45,975 nucleotides of DNA from a virus: IMG/VR virus record IMGVR_UViG_3300029305_000912. One strand, given 5' to 3'. How positions within the stretch are numbered: the first letter of the stretch is position 1; each line of letters opens with the position of its first letter. The position numbers and the translations under genes are program-made. The notes under the pieces were generated by a model, which was not told the DNA's origin, did no database searches, and worked only from the letters and a program-made list of their open reading frames with translations. Shown here piece after piece: positions 35,383 through 41,782 of this stretch.

Positions 35383-37104
35383 TTATTCAGTTCTGCGCTT
35401 ACGTCTGCGGACGGGTTCAGTACCGTTATCCACGGTGTTGGTTTCTTCAACTGGTGTAGCTTCTTCAGACGGAACCGTTTCAGGTTCAGAATGTACATTT
35501 TCTGTAAGGGAAGGCGTTTCTGTGACTTCTACAGGCGGCTTTGCAATAGGTGTGATATTTGCATTTGCTTCCGCATAAAGGTTACAGAATGCGTTATAAT
35601 CAAGCGGAATTTCAGCAGTCTTGAATTTTAATCTACCACCGCCAAAGATAACTTCATTGGTCTTGAATGACAGAACATAATTCTTATCATCAGCAATACA
35701 ACGTGCAACGATATCAACCATACCTGCAACCTTGTTTGCAATCTTTTCATTCAGGTTCGGTGCAATCTTTGTGATCTTGTCACCACCCTTTTTGGTGATG
35801 TCCTTACCTGTATCAAGGTGGGAAATCAGAACAATATTTTCATAATCCAACATCATTAAACGCTTCAGAACAGAAAGGAATTCCGTTCTTACGATGTCAT
35901 ACGCCTTGAAACTATCATCAGATTCATGATCCCATCCGCGTTCATTGCACACATAGCGTCTGCAATATTCATAGACATCTTCCAGAAGGTCAACAACAAT
36001 GGTTTTGAAGGTATTTTCCTTCAGTTCCAGTTCAGAAATAACTTCCTTGAAGGTTTCCCATGCAAATTTACGTTCTGTCATGCGTCCAACCTTCTTGACT
36101 TCATCGCGAATCGGAATATACGGGGCATCCACAAACTTGATGTTTCCATCCGTGTTCAACATGATGGGATCAGGGAAATGGTTTGCAAAGGTTGTCTTTC
36201 CACTGAAAGGTGAACCATAGATCCACACAACCTTTTTTGTTGCAGTTTCAACGTTTCTGCGTTTGTTTTCAGGTAACAACATAAAATCTTCTCCTTTTTC
36301 ACAAAATGCTTGATATTCACAGTACCTGCACAGGTAACTTGTGCGCTTTGGGTATGTGTCCGCTTCCAACATTCCTTTGGTTTGTAGCAGGAAACGAATC
36401 ACCTTGTCAGGATCATACTGGATTGGAACCAGTTCAGGTTCCAGTGTTTTCAGATCCATCAACAACCGCTGTCTGTACGAAGTCAGATCCTCGCCCTTGA
36501 TCCGCTTACATTTAGACTTGGGAATCATCAGGAAATACATATTTCGGATGGAACACAAAGGATTGTTCTTTTCAAAGAAATACTTATACAGATGAAGCTG
36601 ATCAGAATCCAAGTAGTTCTGTTTGTTGTTGGAATACTTGAAATCATAAAGGTCATAAATTTCATCGTATTTTCCATAAGGACAATGACCACTTTCGCAA
36701 TTATCACAATCGTAATATTTGGGGCATTTACAACAGATTTCATCCCTTTCTTCAAGGGATAGATTCTTAACGGAAACCAGAAGGTCAATAAATCCTTTGA
36801 AATCAGGATCATCAATCAGAACTTCATGTTGACCGTCAGGAATCATCTGTCTTGCCTTTGGAATCATGACTTCCAACTTCATTGCTTCATGAATGTGTTC
36901 ATCTGTGATGATGGGATAATTACCGTAATACTGGTTGATTGCTTCTTCCACGCCAATTTCCAAACCAGTATGCAACGCGGTTCCAAGATACAAGGCGTTG
37001 TCAGGTTTGTCATCAGGAATGGTCTTCAATTCTTCCATATAACGAAAACCAAACTTTGCAGGACATTGGTGGAAGCATTCAACACGGGAATGACTTACCT
37101 GCAT
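35383..37104 (-). CDS. Fusion protein: Cas4/RecB-like PD-(D/E)xK nuclease (Cys-liganded) plus an AAA_24 (Sak4-like) ATPase
   Basis: The ATG at 37104 is preceded by AAAGGTGG. The N-terminal half contains CFHQCP, GFIDLLV, YDFKYS, QLHLYKYF and CRYCEYQAFC. The C-terminal half contains VVWIYGSPFSGKTTFANHF (Walker A) and IVVDLLEDVY. The tail is acidic and then basic. Confidence 0.7.
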   Translation of the reverse strand: MQVSHSRVECFHQCPAKFGFRYMEELKTIPDDKPDNALYLGTALHTGLEIGVEEAINQYYGNYPIITDEHIHEAMKLEVMIPKARQMIPDGQHEVLIDDPDFKGFIDLLVSVKNLSLEERDEICCKCPKYYDCDNCESGHCPYGKYDEIYDLYDFKYSNNKQNYLDSDQLHLYKYFFEKNNPLCSIRNMYFLMIPKSKCKRIKGEDLTSYRQRLLMDLKTLEPELVPIQYDPDKVIRFLLQTKGMLEADTYPKRTSYLCRYCEYQAFCEKGEDFMLLPENKRRNVETATKKVVWIYGSPFSGKTTFANHFPDPIMLNTDGNIKFVDAPYIPIRDEVKKVGRMTERKFAWETFKEVISELELKENTFKTIVVDLLEDVYEYCRRYVCNERGWDHESDDSFKAYDIVRTEFLSVLKRLMMLDYENIVLISHLDTGKDITKKGGDKITKIAPNLNEKIANKVAGMVDIVARCIADDKNYVLSFKTNEVIFGGGRLKFKTAEIPLDYNAFCNLYAEANANITPIAKPPVEVTETPSLTENVHSEPETVPSEEATPVEETNTVDNGTEPVRRRKRRTE

Positions 37105-37454
37105 CACTTGTCCCACCTTTCATTGATTTTGAACAAGAGTAGTTCGGCACTGAATTCATTTCTTTTCTTCAAGCAATGAATTATTTTCTTAAAATCATCA
37201 AATTGGTCAGGATATAAAATCACACCCCAACCACCTTGTTCAATAATATTTTTAATGTTCATCTTCTGAAGTTCGGAAGGTTTACCATTTGGTGCTTTCA
37301 CTTCAACTGCTACAAAAGAACCGTTACAACAAACCAGAAGGTCAGGAATGCCGCTTTTGGTGTAAGCGTTGGCAAAGAACTTGACAAACCAACAACCTTC
37401 ATCTTCAAGGAATTTCTTCAGACGATTTTCAAAGTTTTTTTCTGCCGCCATCAA
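37104..37454 (-). CDS. VRR-NUC domain nuclease
   Basis: 116 aa. GIPDLLVCCNGSFVAVEVKAPNGKPSELQ is a PD-(D/E)xK signature of VRR-NUC type. Confidence 0.75.
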   Translation of the reverse strand: MMAAEKNFENRLKKFLEDEGCWFVKFFANAYTKSGIPDLLVCCNGSFVAVEVKAPNGKPSELQKMNIKNIIEQGGWGVILYPDQFDDFKKIIHCLKKRNEFSAELLLFKINERWDK

Positions 37455-37457
37455 AAA

Positions 37458-37652
37458 TCACCAATCCGTTTCAATTGGGGTTCTTGCGTTACGCAAACAA
37501 TCATCACAGTACCAGTTATCATCCAAGAATACCGCCATATCCTGTTGGATGTGTTCACCGCAACAATTACAAACAGGTAATCGTTCCAGTTTTCTTTGCT
37601 GATCAATATCATGATTTTTGAAATCTGATATTGGATCATCTGTGTAATACAT
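37458..37652 (-). CDS. Small zinc-ribbon protein
   Basis: 64 aa with CNCCGEH...CDDC. Confidence 0.5.
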   Translation of the reverse strand: MYYTDDPISDFKNHDIDQQRKLERLPVCNCCGEHIQQDMAVFLDDNWYCDDCLRNARTPIETDW

Positions 37653-37654
37653 CT

Positions 37655-38398
37655 TTAACCAATCCTTTCTGCGATTTCCGCAGTGTATTTTTCTGCTGTC
37701 TGAAGGACACCTTCAGAATAAGCACTGGTATAAATACCCTTGTCCCACTTTCGTTTTGCACCAGTGGAACCCATGTTGTATGCCATCAGAACCTTGTGGG
37801 GATCTTCATATTTGTCAAACAAACCACGAAGAACGTAAAGTCCTGCTGTCACATTCTGTTCTGGATCAAAGAAATCAGTGATTCCAAGTTCTTGTGATAA
37901 CCAAGGATGGTTGATTCTGTTGATCTGCATCAGACCGACACTGGAACCGCTGTCCGCATCAGGTCTGAAGGAAGATTCCTTGAAAATGACTGCCATTGCA
38001 AATGCAAAATCAATATTGTATTGTTCGCACTTTTCAAGAATCATCTGTTGTGTTGCGTCATCCAAACGGCAATCAATCCGAATGGGAACAGTTTCAACCA
38101 CAGGAATTTCTGTTTCTTCAATAGAAATGTTGGGTTCTTTGAAAACTTCTTCAGTTACGTCTTCACTTGTGTCTTCAGAAACTTCACTTTCTTCTTCACT
38201 TGTTTCAGTAACCAAAGGAATTTCAACAATTTCAATAACTTCAGTTGCTTTTTCGGTTTCCTGCACCTGCTCAATCACAACAGGTTCAAACGATTCTACG
38301 GTTCGAATCAACCGTTCCATTCGAAATACCATTCCAACCTGTAACGTCATGACGAAGCCAAGCAGGAACAAAATTGCTTTATCCTTGAAACAAATCAT
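37655..38398 (-). CDS. Membrane-anchored lytic transglycosylase (SLT domain) with a highly acidic linker
   Basis: 247 aa. The N-terminal TM is AILFLLGFVMTLQVGMVF. The Glu/Thr/Val-rich linker is ETSEEESEVSEDTSEDVTEE. The SLT motifs are FKESSFRPDA, VGLMQIN and MAYNMG. Confidence 0.8.
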   Translation of the reverse strand: MICFKDKAILFLLGFVMTLQVGMVFRMERLIRTVESFEPVVIEQVQETEKATEVIEIVEIPLVTETSEEESEVSEDTSEDVTEEVFKEPNISIEETEIPVVETVPIRIDCRLDDATQQMILEKCEQYNIDFAFAMAVIFKESSFRPDADSGSSVGLMQINRINHPWLSQELGITDFFDPEQNVTAGLYVLRGLFDKYEDPHKVLMAYNMGSTGAKRKWDKGIYTSAYSEGVLQTAEKYTAEIAERIG

Positions 38399-39715
38399 CT
38401 GTCAGTTCCTTTCTAATATTCAGTGTTGGAAGAATTTCCGTATCTTCAATGCTGTTCTGACAAATCAGAATGTAATAGAAGCAGGGTCTATCCTGACCAA
38501 TTCGGTGAATACGCTTCATGGACTGTTGAAACAGTTCCGCTTCTTCTGTCAGACTGAAATACACAATCTTGTTTGCCTTCTGAAGATTCAAACCCATCGC
38601 ACCTGCTTGATACTGTACAAAGGTCACACTGTTGGATTCGTTTTCGTAGGCAGTCAGATTCTTTTCCGTACCGTTTACGATGGAATACGGTCTGTCAAGA
38701 TTTTTGCAAACAAGCTGAAGTTGGGTCAATTCGCAGTTGAAGGTGTAAAACACAATCAATCTGTCTTGCGTGGATTCCAGAAGATCTTCGAAGGCTTGAA
38801 TCTTATGTGGATTGTATGCCGTGCAAAGCTGTCTTTGATACAGTCTGTAAGACAGAATACTGTCACCAATCAGTTCAATCCTTGGGGTCACATCCTTACC
38901 ATAGAAATCAGAATCATCCTTAAATTCACAAAGATTCCGCAGGTCAATTGTGATCAGACGGTCTTTTTTGAACTTCCTGTATTCCTTGGTTGTTGGAACA
39001 TTCACCATAATGAAATTCTGCTTTGGAAGGTCAAACACATCTTCCGTTTTCATAAACACGGCACCATGTTCACGCATTTTTTGTTTCAGACGTTCCGTGT
39101 TTTTATACGGATCATCTTTATTCACGATGTTGTGCGGAACACCACCAACATAAATCTTCTTCCAATTGACATAATGGGCATTGTACAGTTTTTCACTGAT
39201 GTTCCATCCAAGCAACTTCATCTGCGTCCACAGATTTTCATACTTGCCGCCTGTAGGCGTACCAGAAAGAAGAATAACGTTTGCAGGATCCATCTTCATG
39301 ATGAATTTGCTTCGTTTGCTTTTTGGATTCTGGATCAGGGACGATTCATCAAGAATCAAGGTAAAATCCTTTAGCTTCAAAAGTTCCTTCCTACGCCAAA
39401 TCAGGTCATAATTGATAACACCCGTTGCGTAAACCATTGGATCCTTCAAAAAGGAATTCAGTTGTTTTTCGTTAGTCAAATCATAAACAACTAATTTTTG
39501 ACCATAGTAATCTATGAAGTGATCCACCCAATCCTGAACCTTTGACTTCTGACAGACTATCAGGTTTACATGGGAACCCATTCTGACCGCCTGTTCCGCG
39601 CCTACAAAGGTTTTCCCAAGTCCTAACCCATGTCCAGATAAAAAGCAACCTTGTTCTGATCCTTCACAGCTTCCAAGGCTTGTTCCTGATGGGGAAACAA
39701 CTTGATATTAGACAC
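38379..39715 (-). CDS. SNF2-family helicase, interrupted by a -1 frame change inside motif I (pseudogene, sequencing indel or recoding)
   Basis: Frame A runs from the GTG at 39715 to the TAG at 39623-39625 and encodes VSNIKLFPHQEQALEAVKDQNKVAFYLDMG*. Frame B continues as LGLGKTFVG...LILDESS...LSGTP...QYQAGAMGLNLQ...QQSMKRIHRIGQ. Frame B has no start codon before the Walker A motif. Confidence 0.75.
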
Positions 39716-39746
39716 AGGCACCACCACCTTTCTTCACACGTTACAG

Positions 39747-39902
39747 TCATGCGCTCAACCCTTTCATCAGAAGAAACAGGTTCAAAGGATGATATGTGGG
39801 ATTTGTGGCACAGTTGCCAAATCCGATTTCAAGCAACGAAATTGCAAACCATGCAATCAGAAGAAACATGACTGCATAACCTAAAACGTTCAGAACTTTC
39901 AT
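39747..39902 (-). CDS. Small membrane protein (51 aa, below the ORF-track cutoff)
   Basis: Translated by hand as MKVLNVLGYAVMFLLIAWFAISLLEIGFGNCATNPTYHPLNLFLLMKGLSA. The ATG overlaps the upstream stop (ATGA). Confidence 0.45.
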   Translation of the reverse strand: MKVLNVLGYAVMFLLIAWFAISLLEIGFGNCATNPTYHPLNLFLLMKGLSA

Positions 39903-40036
39903 AACGCACCTTCTTTTTGGATCCTTATGTATGAATTACTGATGATCTTGGAAACCTTATCAAGGATTTCTTTTACTTTTTTCGGATCTGTTGTCACATA
40001 ATCCGTTCTGACAGTGACGGTGTAATTGTTGCCCAT
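39899..40036 (-). CDS. Small hypothetical protein (45 aa)
   Basis: The ATG at 40036 is preceded by AAGGGGAAA and gives MGNNYTVTVRTDYVTTDPKK.... The track TTG start at 40081 would run through the palindromic operator-like site. Confidence 0.45.
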   Translation of the reverse strand: MGNNYTVTVRTDYVTTDPKKVKEILDKVSKIISNSYIRIQKEGAL

Positions 40037-40054
40037 ATCATTTCCCCTTACCCT

Positions 40055-40070
40055 GTCGCAGTAATGCGAC
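40055..40070. promoter_or_regulatory. Palindromic operator-like site GTCGCA-N4-TGCGAC, downstream of the cro-like gene
   Basis: Read directly as gtcgcagtaatgcgac. It has the same half-sites as the site at 40298-40314. Confidence 0.5.
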
Positions 40071-40073
40071 TGT

Positions 40074-40274
40074 TTAACCAAAAAAAATATCTACCGCATC
40101 ATCATTGGTCAGACCAAGTTCTTCTTTGATCTTCTGGGCATCTTCAATCGTGATATTTTCACATTTGTTCAACTTTCGGTACAATGTGGACTTATTAACA
40201 CCAATCTTTGCGGCAAGTGTTTCCACATTCAAACCTTTTTCAACCATTTTGCCTTTCAGCTTCAAAATATTCAT
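40074..40274 (-). CDS. Cro-like XRE-family HTH protein
   Basis: The ATG at 40274 is preceded by AGAAAGGAA. The 66-aa product is MNILKLKGKMVEKGLNVETLAAKIGVNKSTLYRKLNKCENITIEDAQKIKEELGL. The gene is divergent from the repressor gene. Confidence 0.7.
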   Translation of the reverse strand: MNILKLKGKMVEKGLNVETLAAKIGVNKSTLYRKLNKCENITIEDAQKIKEELGLTNDDAVDIFFG

Positions 40275-40297
40275 ACTGACGTTCCTTTCTATGTATT

Positions 40298-40314
40298 GTC
40301 GCATCTGGTGCGAC
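40298..40314. promoter_or_regulatory. Operator palindrome GTCGCA-N5-TGCGAC at the predicted start of the rightward-to-leftward early transcript
   Basis: Read directly as gtcgcatctggtgcgac. It lies 8 nt downstream of the -10 box of the candidate early promoter. Confidence 0.55.
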
Positions 40315-40321
40315 TACTTGA

Positions 40322-40349
40322 ATTATACCTGTTTTTTCTCGAAAGTCAA
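40322..40349 (-). promoter_or_regulatory. Candidate early (cro-side) sigma-A promoter
   Basis: The minus strand reads TTGACT (40349..40344), then 16 nt, then TATAAT (40327..40322). Confidence 0.6.
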
Positions 40350-40399
40350 TATATGATTCGCATAAAAGCGATTATTTACAATTTGTTCATATTTTATTG

Positions 40400-40428
40400 T
40401 TGTAAATTTGCGACTATTTTATTATAAT
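40400..40428 (+). promoter_or_regulatory. Candidate repressor-maintenance promoter
   Basis: TTGTAA (40400-40405), then 17 nt, then TATAAT (40423-40428). A TGCGAC half-site (40409-40414) lies in the spacer. Confidence 0.5.
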
Positions 40429-40454
40429 ATGAAGGAACAAAGGTGGTGACAAAA

Positions 40455-40793
40455 ATGACAGTAGGACAACGGATCAAAGAAAGACGAAAAGAAATGAAAA
40501 TTTCTGCGGACGAACTTGGAAAAAGAATCGGTAAAAACAGGGCAACTGTTTTTAGATATGAAAATGGTGATATTGAAAAATTACCACTTGATATTCTGGA
40601 ACCTATCGCAAACGCATTGGATACCACACCACAGTTTCTTATGGGATGGGAAGACGAAAAGAAAACCACTGCTGAAAATAGCAGTGGTATAAGTGAAGCT
40701 AAACAGAAGTTATTTGATCTTGCAAATGAATGTTCGGATGAAGAAGTATCAAGACTTCTTCAGATGATGGAACTGTTTTTAGGAAAGAAATAA
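40455..40793 (+). CDS. cI-like XRE-family repressor
   Basis: The ATG at 40455 is preceded by AAAGGTGGTGA. The product begins MTVGQRIKERRKEMKISADELGKRIGKNRATVFRYENGDIEKLPLDILEPIANALDTTPQFLMGW, which is a classic HTH_XRE. The tail is short and helical. Confidence 0.8.
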   Translation: MTVGQRIKERRKEMKISADELGKRIGKNRATVFRYENGDIEKLPLDILEPIANALDTTPQFLMGWEDEKKTTAENSSGISEAKQKLFDLANECSDEEVSRLLQMMELFLGKK

Positions 40794-40857
40794 ATGCTTC
40801 CGCTTCATCATTCGTAAGATTTGTTATGTACTGAATTAATTTTTCTCTGTCGGTCAT
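40699..40857 (-). CDS. Possible small antisense-overlapping ORF (52 aa) with a strong RBS
   Basis: GAAAGGAGAATACCT precedes the ATG at 40857, giving MTDREKLIQYITNLTNDEAEAFISFLK.... Its 3' 95 nt overlap the repressor 3' end on the opposite strand. Confidence 0.25.
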   Translation of the reverse strand: MTDREKLIQYITNLTNDEAEAFISFLKTVPSSEEVLILLHPNIHLQDQITSV

Positions 40858-40956
40858 AGGTATTCTCCTTTCAAACAGAAACAAGTGTTCCTTGATGTGA
40901 ATTATACCTTCTGACCTTTGTTGAAAAAAGCAGAAAATAGTTCCTTCACAAAATTT

Positions 40957-41051
40957 TCACAATTGAAGCGGTTTTTGAATTGTGACATTATTTTACATCG
41001 GCAACAATGTAAAATCAATATCCAACTTTGACCGTTTATCATCCAACTTTG
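40957..41051. promoter_or_regulatory. Cluster of symmetric elements upstream of the second HTH gene
   Basis: - Inverted repeat: tcacaatt (40957-40964) with aattgtga (40978-40985).
- Perfect 9-bp inverted repeat: attttacat (40990-40998) with atgtaaaat (41007-41015).
- Direct repeat: atccaactttg at 41020-41030 and 41041-41051, 21 bp apart. Confidence 0.5.
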
Positions 41052-41123
41052 GTGTGATTGAACGGACAAGGATGTCATAGAAAGAAACAAATTTATAATA
41101 TAGAAAGGACAAGTTTGGTAATC

Positions 41124-41555
41124 ATGTGGTTAAATAATCTTCAAGAATTAAAGAAAAAGACAGGACTGACTGCAAAACAGATAGCAGAAAAAACATCGTT
41201 GCCAGAAAGGACTGTTGCTCGTATCTTTTCTGGTGAAACCGATCATCCATATGCAGACACACTTGACCTTATCGTCAAGGCTCTTGGTTATGATTTAGGT
41301 GACATCTTTGCTGACACAGGTGCAATTGTTGCCACAACAGAACTTGTTGAAATAAAAGAAAGTGTTGATGTTGTTGAAGCGGAACGTGATTTGACCATTG
41401 TTGAAAATGATATGTTGAAGGCAAAAGTTGCGGCTTTGTCAACAGAAATAGAACTTTTGAAGAAGGAACTGCAACACAAAGACGAATTACTTGCATTGCA
41501 TAATTATTATAAATCTGTAATCAGTGGAATGTCTAAAGACGCAAGTTCAAGGTGA
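41124..41555 (+). CDS. Second XRE-type HTH protein with a C-terminal coiled coil (start at ATG 41124 or TTG 41115)
   Basis: The HTH is LQELKKKTGLTAKQIAEKTSLPERTVARIFSGETDHPYADTLDLIVKALG. The heptad-like helix is DMLKAKVAALSTEIELLKKELQHKDELL. The RBS AAAGGA is at 41104-41109. Confidence 0.65.
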   Translation: MWLNNLQELKKKTGLTAKQIAEKTSLPERTVARIFSGETDHPYADTLDLIVKALGYDLGDIFADTGAIVATTELVEIKESVDVVEAERDLTIVENDMLKAKVAALSTEIELLKKELQHKDELLALHNYYKSVISGMSKDASSR

Positions 41556-41760
41556 AACCCTTGCAAACACTGGATTGTTCAAGGTGTCCTTGGTGTTCAA
41601 GGTGTTTCTATTATTATATATTTTTTATTTCAAAAAAAGAAATATTGAACCTGAATGTGACTATGCATCTATAAAAAATAAAAAAATATATAAATATATA
41701 AAATACCTTGAACACGTTGAACAGGTGGAACAAAATCATCTGTTGACCGTGTTCAAGGTG
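41545..41760. repeat. Iteron array B: 4 perfect-core and 2 variant copies of TGTTCAAGGTG around a ~99-bp A/T core, immediately upstream of the integrase gene
   Basis: - Forward copies: 41545-41554, 41577-41586, 41595-41604, 41751-41760.
- Reverse variants: 41704-41713 (TACCTTGAAC) and 41713-41722 (CACGTTGAAC).
- The left ~60 bp aligns with 22893-22955. Confidence 0.9.
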
Positions 41761-41782
41761 GACACAGAAAGGATGTGCAAAA

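Noticed and set aside
39623-39625. The in-frame TAG in the helicase as evidence for stop-codon reassignment (TAG read as Gln), possibly linked to the phage tRNA-Gln.
   Set aside because: Reading through TAG in frame A destroys the GLGKT Walker A motif and soon hits further stops. The tRNA anticodon is the standard UUG (CAA), not CUA. A frame change explains the data.
40902-41090. A minus-strand 62-aa ORF in the gap between the repressor gene and the second HTH gene.
   Set aside because: It has no RBS and an odd composition (MFLSMTSLSVQSHQSWMINGQSW..CCRCK). It overlaps the cluster of dyad symmetries, which are better explained as regulatory DNA.
22893-41760. Arrays A and B as direct-repeat substrates of the serine recombinase, which would excise the 18.7-kb replication module.
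   Set aside because: I kept this only as a remote possibility. Resolution would split the phage into two circles, neither of them self-sufficient. Large serine integrases normally act on short, non-identical attP/attB sites, not on 150-bp iteron clusters.
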